A DNA stretch of 61,358 nucleotides, the filler included, from Sanchytrium tribonematis (Eukaryota): NCBI GenBank assembly GCA_018985235.1. It is 13 parts of 13 records of this genome, joined end to end, with 100 filler letters (N's around TTAATTAATTAA, not from the genome) between each part and the next. Parts side by side here need not be neighbours in the genome. Positions count along the whole stretch, not along the records: positions 19,917 to 41,697 come from JADGIG010000088.1; 12 more parts are not named here. One strand, 5' to 3'. Below the pieces are notes generated by a model. That model searched no databases. It saw only the letters and a program-made list of their open reading frames with translations, and was not told the origin of the DNA. How positions within the stretch are numbered: the first letter of the stretch is position 1; every line of letters begins with the position of its first letter. This document shows, piece after piece, positions 21,614-32,131 of this stretch. The position numbers and the translations under genes are program-made.

Positions 21614-23216
21614 TTAGTAGTAAATGCTCTTCAATTGTTCCAATATCTCGTTGATGGTAATTCTGTCTTTAGGTTTCTGCTGCCACGCATTATTAATAAT
21701 AAAGTATAAATTGGGTTCGAATTGCTGTTGAGTAAATGGACGTTCTCCTTTCAATATTCGTTTTTCAATATCATTCTTCTCCAATTTCTCCCATGGTATT
21801 TTACCTGTCGCCATTTCCCCCAAAACAATTGCAAATGAAAAAATATCTGCAAATGGATACAAATTAAGGCGCCCAACCAAATTTTCATTAAATAACCAAT
21901 ATTCTGGTGATTTCCAATTGACAATACTCATTTGTTTACTTAATCTCGTTGTGGTGCTGATAATTTTAACCATTCTAAAGTTAATCAATTTGGGAGAAAA
22001 TTGAGAATCCAATATAATATTGGCTGATTTGACATCGTTGTGCGCAATCCCATTATTATGCATATATGCTAAACCATTAGCAACTCCAATTTGGATTTGT
22101 TGTTTTTGTTGTGAGTACTTTGGGATCATTTTCAAAATTGGGAAATGTGTGTAGCCAATCATACAATGAAAAGTTGTCAATATATTCCATGACAAGTGCC
22201 AAATCCCCAATGATTGAAGTAACTCCAAAATATTTGCAAATATAATCACATTTGCATAATAACTCCAATAATTTAATTTTTTTCTTATGATGACCTGTCA
22301 ATTTATCCGTGTGTGTCTTTAAATTCACAAATAACAGCAATTTTCTTTCCCTGCCATTCTCCTAAATAAACAAAACTATATGTGCCTTCACCCAGTTGTT
22401 TGTCTTTAAATACATCGACGTTGTTAATGTAGTCAAATTCCCTTACACCTACAGCTTTAAATTCATGATTCACATCTGCAAAAGTGTTTGAGATTTTGAT
22501 TGGACTGGGAATAATGTACCAATAATGTTTTAAATTGGTGTCTATTTCATTGACTTGTACTAATTTATCATTTTCTACTTTTAAATAGTATCCAATTGAG
22601 TTTGAAATGGAAAAATATCCATTATTTTCCACTTTGATGCACCATTCCTCATTTTTATCTACTTTTAAAAGATCACTTTCTTGGTAAAGTTTGTAAATAT
22701 CTGAACTATTATTCAGTCTACTAAAATGTATCATTGTGGCCTGATTCCCAATTGTCCAACCAGATGAAACGCAATTTCCAAATCCATTTGTTACAAAACA
22801 TAAACAACCTTGATTTGGGACACTGCTATGAGAGGCTAATTGAAAAATATTGGCCAAATTGTCAATCACTTCATTAGCTATGGGATCAGTGGCAGCAAGG
22901 TATTCATTATGACTTAATAATGAAAATGCGTATTTGACGTAATCCCTGGTTCTGGAAGTTTTGAATTGGTAAGTTTCCCTTTTATTGTTTCTGTATTCAA
23001 GACCTAAATTTGTTATACTAGGTACTCTGACTTGAAAATCAAATCTATGGGTGTATAGAGGTTTGGAAATCTATATTTCAACATTTCCTTTGATGTGGGA
23101 GATTCTTCAATGAAAATATGATATGATTGAAACAATGGATCCATCGGATCAGCAATACTGAGTAAGGCATGCTTTAGAAGACCATTTGTGATGGGACTTA
23201 TTGGTAATTGATCCAT
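21614..23216 (-). pseudogene. TKL-type protein kinase with N-terminal beta-trefoil-like region, disrupted
   Basis: LGEGTYSFVYLGEWQG, HNDVKSANII, WKSPE, DIFSFAIVLGE. Frameshifts include one at the VAxK lysine; DFG reads NFR; in-frame stops upstream. Confidence 0.8.
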
Positions 23217-23363
23217 TTCTAAAGAAAATAGTTTCAAGCGTCTCCGCGTCACCTTGGAGTGAGTGACTCTAACCTGACGTGTCAGGCTCTAAGGTGACGT
23301 GGATAGGCTTAGAGGTCTTAACGTTTACATGACGCTTACTTTAATTAATTCCAATTCATTTAT

Positions 23364-24359
23364 TTAATTATTTGGATCACAAAATCCATAATCTAATTGA
23401 CATCCTTTTGATTTTGCACAACTATCTGCCTTGTCTCCACAAATACTGTTCTTTCCACAACACAAATTTGTAGTATCATCTCCAACACACTCTTTTCTGA
23501 TTCCATTTCCATTATCTGTGGGCCCACAAGCTTCTCCTAATTTCACATATTGCGTTAATAAATTCAATCCACAAAGTCCGAAAGGCTTTTGACAACCAGT
23601 TCCACAATGCTGTGCATCAAATCCACAATAACCATCTGGTGAACAGCATTTCTCAGCGCGCATGACTATAGGGCATGATTTGTTGTTAAACGGAGTGCCA
23701 CATCTGCCATATAATTCACCTTTACACTCTCCAAATAGGGGATCGCATCCATTTGCATCTGTTCTGCAGATATCGAAAGAATCTCCGCACACCCCTAAAG
23801 ATTTAGAGCAGCACATACCTATTCGGCATTTTGCATTAAATCCATTTGGACCACATTTCTGGAAATATCCCACTCCAGCAACACATCCACTCTCAGACCA
23901 GGTTGGTTGACAACTATTTGCATTACAATGTGCATCCGTATCCCCACAATAGCCATATTTAGAACAGCATAATCCATTTGCACATTTATTGCCATTTAAT
24001 GGACCACATTTCTCACCATTCCCTACAATTTTAGCAACATTACATTGACCATATTGGGATTGACAATCTGATGCATTACAATGTGCATCTGTATTGCCAC
24101 AATAACCATATTTGGAACAACATAATCCGGGTTTGCATTTATTGTTTTTGGGATCTAATGCGGCTAATCCACATTTACCACCATTGTCAATACCAGTAGC
24201 ATTGGTGGCATCACATGGACCATATTGGGATTGACATCCAGTGCCACACCATTCTTTACCGATGCCACACCAATTAAATTGGGAACAGCAACCAATGGCA
24301 CATTTGGGTTTATTAGGACCACAATTTTGAGAGAATACGAGTAGGGATAAGTAGAACAT
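23364..24359 (-). CDS. Secreted lectin-like protein of six CBM18 (hevein) domains, no catalytic domain
   Basis: Six CG...C...CC[SG]...CG...C...C...C units after the MFYLSLLVFS leader. Confidence 0.93.
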   Translation of the reverse strand: MFYLSLLVFSQNCGPNKPKCAIGCCSQFNWCGIGKEWCGTGCQSQYGPCDATNATGIDNGGKCGLAALDPKNNKCKPGLCCSKYGYCGNTDAHCNASDCQSQYGQCNVAKIVGNGEKCGPLNGNKCANGLCCSKYGYCGDTDAHCNANSCQPTWSESGCVAGVGYFQKCGPNGFNAKCRIGMCCSKSLGVCGDSFDICRTDANGCDPLFGECKGELYGRCGTPFNNKSCPIVMRAEKCCSPDGYCGFDAQHCGTGCQKPFGLCGLNLLTQYVKLGEACGPTDNGNGIRKECVGDDTTNLCCGKNSICGDKADSCAKSKGCQLDYGFCDPNN

Positions 24360-24865
24360 GTGGAATGGGGCGTGTGCTGTTTAAAAAGAGTCAAAGGGGA
24401 TAAGTTGGTAAATGTTATTGGTGGGAAATGATGTGATTGGGAGGCGATTTGTTTGAAAAGATGCACAGATCATTTAGATGTTGACTATTTGTTACAACAA
24501 TTTATTGGAAATGACGGGGATATCATTGAATGACAACTTTGCAGAATATGAATAACACGTCGCAATTCGCAAACAGTGTCTTAAATTACCAAATGCTCTT
24601 TCAAATCATCCAAGCTGATTCAATAGATTGCCCTATCGTATTCCAATTAGCCAGAGATTTAAACATTCAATTTAATGATCCATCATGTAATACTGAATGA
24701 CAATCTAATTGCAGTAAATCACTTTCATTTCGATCCAATATCGTGAAAATTTAATTTTGAATTTATGAATTTAGATGAGACCATTCATAGAATAAATGGC
24801 CAATATTGATACAAGTACAAATAAATGATGACTGTAATGAGTTGCATTTGCAGTTCATAATATAT

Positions 24866-25480
24866 TTATTCAAATTTAACGACTGGTCTTTTATTTCTAG
24901 TCGGCCTTTGAGGAAGGAATGGTTTTTTAATATGTTGTTCAATAGGTTCTTTTGTTGCTTTTCTTTTCTTTGATGGTGGTTCTTCTGATCCAAATTTAAT
25001 TAACGCAATATCCAAATTAAATGTCTTCATAATATCTATTAAGTTCCTCACTGCATTCACTTCAAATTGAGCATTATCTTCTTCAGATTGAGCATTATCC
25101 ACTTCAGACTGAGCTGTATCAATCTGTTTGGCTGTATTAAAGACTTGTAATAGAATTATGGCGAGCAAATCAATTTTTTCACCAACTTGTAATTCAATTT
25201 GACTCCCATGTTTATATGAAATTGTCAATTTATCATTCTTGTCGATATTTTTGGATAATAAGTCAATTATTTCTGGTTCCTTCATACCAGTGATTTTGTG
25301 ACGCTCCTTATTAAGATAGAAATAGTCCCATTCAGTCTGACTAACAGGTTTATCTTTTGTTATTTGACAGAAATAGTAAATGTTTTCAATCAAATCATTG
25401 CTATTCTTGATTTCAATGGATAAATCTATTTTGCCATCATCCCAAAGAGCAGCAAATAATAGGAGTAGATTGAACAACAT
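24866..25480 (-). CDS. Putative secreted protein with C-terminal NLS-like motif
   Basis: MLFNLLLLFA leader; 7-aa repeats AQSEVDN/AQSEEDN/AQFEVNA; PPSKKRK. Confidence 0.7.
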   Translation of the reverse strand: MLFNLLLLFAALWDDGKIDLSIEIKNSNDLIENIYYFCQITKDKPVSQTEWDYFYLNKERHKITGMKEPEIIDLLSKNIDKNDKLTISYKHGSQIELQVGEKIDLLAIILLQVFNTAKQIDTAQSEVDNAQSEEDNAQFEVNAVRNLIDIMKTFNLDIALIKFGSEEPPSKKRKATKEPIEQHIKKPFLPQRPTRNKRPVVKFE

Positions 25481-25799
25481 GACAAAAGAGAAGTCATGTC
25501 ATTTTATGGGCCCCTCTCAGATCACGAGTTGTTATTTTGTCCAATCATGTCCTTGAAATGACATTGGATGGTAGTACAACATTGAAATATCGCATGAGCT
25601 CACTGGTTTTGTGTGTATTTTGCAATGAAAGTAGAGGTGCGTGTACTCAGTTAATCTGTTTCACTCCTACTCTATTTGAGAAGTCTCAAAATGAGGCACG
25701 TGCAGATCACAGGATTGAATATTGCGCAATTAATGACGTCATTTGATACACGTGTTTCTTCATGTCCATTTCTATCAATTCTTTCCCCATTTGAATTTA

Positions 25800-26723
25800 A
25801 TGCTCATATTGTATTTATTAATTGCCATTTCTGTCAAATCACTTGCCATTGTGAGTAAATCCCTATTTATTGGTGCAAATGCATTACAATCTGGATCATT
25901 CTCATCTAGTCGTATATCCAGTGCATCTACCAGTATGAGAATAAGAGATACATCCCATGTAGACATACCACATTCTGATGCATTTATTTTACCAATTGAA
26001 GGTAGAAAATTATCATCCAGAAAAAGAAGGAAACTAGAGGCACAAGGGATTAATCCATTTGATGAATCTACATTTAATAATAGACTGAGTGATGCAGAGA
26101 TTGAATTGGCGCGTGATTTGGAATTAATCAAGGAAATTCAACAATATACACGAAATATTGTATTCAATAATTGGAATCGCGTAAGAAATCAAATTTTTAA
26201 TTTATATGCGAATTCAGATGGATATATTGAAGATGTATATACAGGTAAATTACATTTAATTACAAATTCATTGTCTATTGAGCATATCGTACCAAAAAGT
26301 GTTGTGATTAGAGATTCTGAAATAAGTAATGATTTGCATAATTTGATACCTGTGAATGCACATTTGAATGAGAGACGGAAGAACTGGCCATTCGCAGAAC
26401 CATCTAAAAGATTTAAATGGACTGGAAATCAAGAATCTTGTGTGGTTAATGAAGAAATGTATGTCAGAACTGAAATTAGAGGCATGATTTCCAGGGCTGT
26501 CATTTATGTATTAGTGGTATATGGGGATAGGTTATTGGCAAATAGAATCAAGGGAAATGAAGTAGGAGATTTAAATATGTTTGTGAGATGGTGTAAAGAC
26601 TATAAAGTGAGTGAATTAGAAAAATGGAGAAATGATGAAATTGAGAAAATACAGGGAAATAGAAATGTATTTGTGGATCATCCAGAGTTGTGTGATTTGG
26701 TATTGAGACTGTATAATGTGTAA
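25800..26723 (+). CDS. Secreted endonuclease I (EndA/NucM-like His-Me finger nuclease)
   Basis: SIEHIVPKS, NDLHNLIPV...NERRKNWPF, RGMISRAVIY, EKWRNDEIEKIQGNRNVFVDHPE; leader MLILYLLIAISVKS. Confidence 0.9.
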   Translation: MLILYLLIAISVKSLAIVSKSLFIGANALQSGSFSSSRISSASTSMRIRDTSHVDIPHSDAFILPIEGRKLSSRKRRKLEAQGINPFDESTFNNRLSDAEIELARDLELIKEIQQYTRNIVFNNWNRVRNQIFNLYANSDGYIEDVYTGKLHLITNSLSIEHIVPKSVVIRDSEISNDLHNLIPVNAHLNERRKNWPFAEPSKRFKWTGNQESCVVNEEMYVRTEIRGMISRAVIYVLVVYGDRLLANRIKGNEVGDLNMFVRWCKDYKVSELEKWRNDEIEKIQGNRNVFVDHPELCDLVLRLYNV

Positions 26724-26729
26724 ATAAAT

Positions 26730-27538
26730 TTATTGGATTTGTTTAACACATTTAAATCGATCTGGAACATGGCGTGCATTTGCTTGTTGTTGAGAAGGAT
26801 CTGAATTTGTTGTATTTGTGCTATTGGATGTTTGATTGCGGTGTTGTGTGTCTTCTTCTTTATGATGGTCTGGTTCATGAGATTCCTCAGTGTTTTCTGG
26901 ATAATGTTGACGAGACTTGCTCGCTTGTTCTTTTGCTGTTTCTGTGTGACTTTTGTGATTTGGATCTGATGCATGTTGTTCGTCTGTGTTTCCTTCTTTT
27001 TGATCTCCCTCATTTCCTTGTTCGCCACTACCCCAGCCAGCTGGCGTCACGATATAATTACCCGGATCACTTGGACCTTTAGCAGCACATTTTTGGTATA
27101 CAGCTAATAAAGGCGATTCCATTTCGGGTTCCATTTGCATTTTTACTCCAGACATGTAAATAGCACATTTATCGTTGCAAGCTTCATAGTCAATTTTCAG
27201 ATTTGGGTCTGCACAATAAACACCATTTTCAGCGTAGCAAGCTTTGTCAACATTGTGAAGCCATGGGCTGTGGAGTTCTGACGGTGTGCATTTTGTATGG
27301 AAATCATCGTATTCTTCTTTGCAATCACCACACATTGCAACTATCCATGGTGTATTTGAGCGCCAACTTAAGTCGATTCGGGTTTGACAACTTATAAATG
27401 ATTCTACAGATGATTCACAAGTATTGGAAATGGAACTCATTTGGGTATGACAACTGGTTCGCTTTAAAACTAGGGAAACCCAATCACAGCGTTGTGAGAT
27501 AAACTGCAAGGTAAATGCCAATATATTTAATATAACAT
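26730..27538 (-). CDS. Putative secreted Cys-rich protein with low-complexity tail; 1-nt indel right after ATG
   Basis: ATG TTA TAT TAA becomes MLYLNILAFT if one T is added; many Cys. Confidence 0.6.
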
Positions 27539-27630
27539 TGGCGAATCAAATTAAGAGATGTTAGTCTGCAAGCTAGATCATTTAACAAATCGGTTTTGAA
27601 TTATTTCTACAATTTCTCCTTGCAACTTTC

Positions 27631-28203
27631 ATGTCCCTCTTAATTGCAGACGCATCCACGCAATCATTAATTCCACAATATACTACCAAATCTACCCAAA
27701 TAGAGATGATAAATCGATTAAATCAAATCCAATTATCCAAATATGATGAAATCAAAGTGATTTGTGAATCTGATTTAGATATTCTTTATTTGCTATTTAA
27801 TCATTTAAATAAAGGTGGTAAATTATATTATAGTGATCCAGATACATTATTATTAACAGGATGTATAGATGTGAGTGAAAATAGTGAAAATGGGCTATTT
27901 TATGGATTGGTGCCAGAATATGATTTGGAAATGGAAGAACAATTATTAGAAGAAGAAGATAAAATTAAACCAACTAAAAATAAAGAAGTGAAAAGACAGC
28001 CATGTGCAAATTGTACTTGTGGATTAAAAGAAGAATTAGAAGGTGTTAAAATTGAAACTTCTGAGATTTCTAAGAGTGGCTGTGGCAATTGTAGTTTGGG
28101 AGATGCATTTAGATGTGCTAGTTGTCCATATTTAGGAATGCCTGCATTTAAACCAGGTGAAAATGTCAAATTGACTGGAATGTTTGCTCAAGATGATTTG
28201 TGA
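27631..28203 (+). CDS. DRE2: Fe-S cluster assembly protein Dre2/anamorsin
   Basis: [10 protein letters not shown] and [29 protein letters not shown]. Confidence 0.96.
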   Translation: MSLLIADASTQSLIPQYTTKSTQIEMINRLNQIQLSKYDEIKVICESDLDILYLLFNHLNKGGKLYYSDPDTLLLTGCIDVSENSENGLFYGLVPEYDLEMEEQLLEEEDKIKPTKNKEVKRQPCANCTCGLKEELEGVKIETSEISKSGCGNCSLGDAFRCASCPYLGMPAFKPGENVKLTGMFAQDDL

Positions 28204-28394
28204 AGATAATAATAAAATTAGTTATCATTGTTTCTCCTCACACGACTTCATAACTTCAAGAAAGCACAAGGTAAATTAATTAAATACATCTCACGTCTAA
28301 CCGGTTGCAAGATTTTACAAGCTATTAAATTAAATTTGTGTAATGTTGATTGGTGCGTGTGGCGTTAAAAGGATTCTTTCAATTTTTCGACTAC

Positions 28395-28877
28395 ATGTTT
28401 TTCGTTACATTCTCTTTAGCATCTCCAATTGGTGATATCATTTGTCCTAAAACTGGATCAACAGTGTGTGGTGGATTGAATGGAAAGCAAAAGGAATATC
28501 CCAATAATTGTCAAGCAAACTATGCAGGAGCAACTGTATTTTTAAGACGAAATTGTCTAGAATCTAAAAACAATGAGATTGTTTGTCCACTAGTGACTGC
28601 AAAAGATTCCAGAACTTGTGGTAAAGTCAAAAACAGACCACAACTGTTTGACAGTCTTTGTTTAGCATTGAAAAGTAAAGCGACTATTGTGAAGGACGAT
28701 GATTGTAAAACAGATCCAATTGATTGCCATGTTAAATGGGGTCCCGTATGTGGTACGTTAAATGGTAAAAGGCAAACATTTCAAAACAATTGCAATGCAG
28801 AAAAGCAAGGTGCAATCAAAATCAAACAGGGTCCTTGCCCATTATTCATGACAAAGCAGCAAAACATATTTAAGTAA
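28395..28877 (+). CDS. Secreted Kazal-type protease inhibitor with three four-Cys domains
   Basis: C....VCG...YPNNC...C and two similar units; leader MFFVTFSLA. Confidence 0.85.
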   Translation: MFFVTFSLASPIGDIICPKTGSTVCGGLNGKQKEYPNNCQANYAGATVFLRRNCLESKNNEIVCPLVTAKDSRTCGKVKNRPQLFDSLCLALKSKATIVKDDDCKTDPIDCHVKWGPVCGTLNGKRQTFQNNCNAEKQGAIKIKQGPCPLFMTKQQNIFK

Positions 28878-29015
28878 ATCAATTCACTTTTGTCCATATA
28901 CTCGTGGATGTGTTTATTGCATCAAAATTGCATCAAATGGCACACATTTTTATCACATGTCAATTAAATCACATCATCGCCAATTTATAAGCAGATAATC
29001 CTTCCGTCTCTTAAC

Positions 29016-29782
29016 ATGCTAATTCTGTTTACTTTGTCGTGTATGGCATTCAAGAAAACGTCGTATCAAATGATAAAAAATCAAGTCAATAAATTTCAAA
29101 CAGCCATGAAAGAAGTTGGATGTCCAATTACTCAGTATGAACTTAAATTAATGGATTATCAAGTTACTTCAGAATGCATGAATTGGGTCACTCAAATATT
29201 CAATCAAGCAAAATTAGCCAATCCAAAATATTGTGCAAATGCATTGAAAAAAAGGGAATCATGTACAAATGGCCCATGTGTGCAAAATCAAGTAAATGAA
29301 GCATTAGCTTGTGCACATACAGGTAATCCTGACATCAACCCAATTAGCAAATCATCCAGATTCAAAATATTATCTAAAATTAAATCAACCATTTCTTCTC
29401 CTTTTCGCGTACTAAAATCCAGATTAGCAGTATTATCCGATCAATGGATGCATTGTGAGCCACTTTATCATATCACAATGCTTATTGGATTCATTTTATT
29501 AATGGGCGTCATTGTATTACCATTTGGTGCTATTTCTGCCTTGATTAATGCCATTTTGTATGTAATATTGGCATCAATGTATGCAGGTGTTTATCTCTTA
29601 TTTGGTAAATTCATATTTCAATGGGAAGATGTGAATCAGAGATTATGGGCAAAAAAGAAAAAGGAATTCAAAATCCATTCATGGTGATAGTCAATGTTGC
29701 GTATGCAGCATATTCTAATTACGAGAGAGATGATGATGAAGAAGGGGGGCCATTACCTCCAGATTATTATAAATTTGGATAA
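29016..29782 (+). CDS. Secreted/membrane protein with KR site and two C-terminal TM helices; C-terminus probably continues in the -1 frame to 29782
   Basis: MLILFTLSCMA leader, LKKRESC, TM pair; the alternative frame gives GIQNPFMVIV...PPDYYKFG-stop. Confidence 0.6.
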
Positions 29783-29819
29783 GTAAATTTAATTTAAAAA
29801 TTTAAATATATTGCAATAT

Positions 29820-30681
29820 TTAAGCTGGACAATCTCGTCCATATTCACTCGCACATTTGCGACCCTCATAATTTGCAACAGATTCGCAAATACCTGAGAC
29901 AGGGGAATCTAAATTACAATAATGGCTATTTGCACAACGTGCGATGGTCATGGTATCCTGATTTTCACAATTCATAAGACCACATTCATAATCATAATAA
30001 TAACCTCCATTTAAACAGTATTTTTTTTCGCTTGGAGTAAGAATTGGTAGAGTGAAGTTCTTGTCTTGACATTTGCCTGATAAACTATATTTATCATTGC
30101 AAACTTGTTTATCATTATAAGGATCTTTACCGCAAATTCCCTTTTTATTTCCTAAAAATGTTTGATAATTGTTCAAATAACAATTTGGAAAATCCTTGTC
30201 TATACATTGAATTGATTTGCCATCCATTATTCCGCATTCTTGTTCAACGCAATTTCCACTTGCATTGTCCCAATCTGGACCTTCATCCTTGCTACAAAAT
30301 TTATTGGATTTGCAATAAATGGGAACGAATGCCATAGGATCGTAGCAATCTTCCAATTGATTAGGCTTGGTAATAGGTGGCATATCTGTAGGCTTCTTAT
30401 CTGTAGGTGGCATATCTGCAGGCGTCTTATCTGTTGCAACACAATTTTCAAATTGGACTTCATTGGAGAATCTGCACGTTTGCCCTTCTCGAATCACAAA
30501 CGTATTTATGACACGCCCCTCTTGCACTATATCTTCTAATGCAATCTGGTTCTCGCAATGGTAAGTTTTTATTCTCACATTCGTAGTTACTGTTACATGC
30601 AGAACCAGTCTTGCATCTTGGTAAGCCTTTACCACATTTAATAGTAGCAGCCATGATAGAATGAAGTAGAATGTAAATCAT
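29820..30681 (-). CDS. Cys-rich secreted protein with TDKxPxDMPP repeats; one frameshift near 30495
   Basis: Leader MIYILLHSIMA in one frame continues as IREGQTCR... in another. Confidence 0.65.
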
Positions 30682-30902
30682 ATGACCATGCGAGGGTATC
30701 TGGGTTCAAATAGTGGATTGTAGAATCAATAAGGCCATATGATTGGTTCAAGTAGAATACTATAATTTGATTGGCACTTGCTCATTTTGACAAGCAGTTT
30801 GCTGCACGGGTCATGTTTTTCATTTAATAATTGCATTCAATTTGTATTTCATCAGCCATTGGGGATCACAAAAAATAAATTGCAAACCCCTTTTTTGAAA
30901 CA

Positions 30903-32009
30903 ATGACATTTCCGTTAGAATTGCAATTGAAATGCATTCCCCTTTCTAAATGCTTTTTAATTAATAAAGAATTAACAGAAATATATTTACGTCATAAATA
31001 TAAGACAGCATCAGCAGATTCCCTCAAATTATTTCCCAAATCATCCATTTTTAATTATAATGAATATTTGCAAATTTTGAAATATGTGAGTATTAATGAC
31101 AATATTGACTATGCACTCTATCCAAATCTAAAGCAAATCGATGCAGTTGGCTATAGTCAGAAATCATTTCATCGAATGGCTTCAAATTGCCCATTAATTG
31201 AAATATTGATGATTGAAAAACAATGCGCCTTTAATTTCAGTTTATTTATCCATTTAAAGCACTTAAAATCATTAGAAATTGCATTTATCGATAATCAAAT
31301 GAAAGTATTTAATCAATTACCCAATTTAACAGAATTAACTATTCATCGGAATGAATGCAATGCTTCTTTTCAAGATCTAATCAAGAATTATGCAGAGATT
31401 CCTCCATTGAAATACATTACCACATTAATCATCCATAAAATCAATCAAATTTCAATTCATGCACTTGCAAATATATTTGTAAATTGCAAAAAATTAATTG
31501 CAAATCAAATTGTTTTTGAAACAAATGAGATTTCATATTCTAATTTCACCAATTTACAAGAATTGAGTAGTCCATGTCCATTTATTATCCCAGAACACAT
31601 TCAAAGTGTCATTTGTGATATGAGAAATCCATCAGAATTGAGTCATATGTCTAAAATATTACCATCTGAAATTAAATGCAATAAAATCAGATATATTCAT
31701 GAAATCGGGTCATTTCCGCATCACATTCCACTCATTTATCAAGAAATGAAAAATAGTAAGCAGCAAATCATGATAGAATCCGCAAATAGGTACATTGTTT
31801 GCAATTTTGATTTAAAATCAACGAAATCTGAATTATTGAAGAAATATCCGACTATATTGAGACAATCGGGGTCGTTATATGTGTATTGTACTTCAGATCC
31901 CACTCAACAATTTGTATCTCGAATGATGATTACGATGATGAAAAGAATAGCAAATGGCGAAACGCAATTTCAAGAAGGATTTGAAAGTAGAACTGAGATT
32001 CTACAATGA
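30903..32009 (+). CDS. F-box-like/RNI-type leucine-rich repeat protein
   Basis: FPLELQ start; LxxLxxLxI repeats (LKHLKSLEI, LPNLTELTI). Confidence 0.6.
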   Translation: MTFPLELQLKCIPLSKCFLINKELTEIYLRHKYKTASADSLKLFPKSSIFNYNEYLQILKYVSINDNIDYALYPNLKQIDAVGYSQKSFHRMASNCPLIEILMIEKQCAFNFSLFIHLKHLKSLEIAFIDNQMKVFNQLPNLTELTIHRNECNASFQDLIKNYAEIPPLKYITTLIIHKINQISIHALANIFVNCKKLIANQIVFETNEISYSNFTNLQELSSPCPFIIPEHIQSVICDMRNPSELSHMSKILPSEIKCNKIRYIHEIGSFPHHIPLIYQEMKNSKQQIMIESANRYIVCNFDLKSTKSELLKKYPTILRQSGSLYVYCTSDPTQQFVSRMMITMMKRIANGETQFQEGFESRTEILQ

Positions 32010-32131
32010 GTTCATGGACAAGTTGAATAAATTGGATTCGCTACTTAATCATGGATGTGATTGGTTCATTTTGATTGGATTTTGAAAATTGAAAAAATGA
32101 TTTTAAAACATCGCTCTATTTTTTACAAATA

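Noticed and set aside
23260..23300. Hammerhead ribozyme in the hairpin element
   Set aside because: Core CUGANGA is incomplete and there is no GAAA
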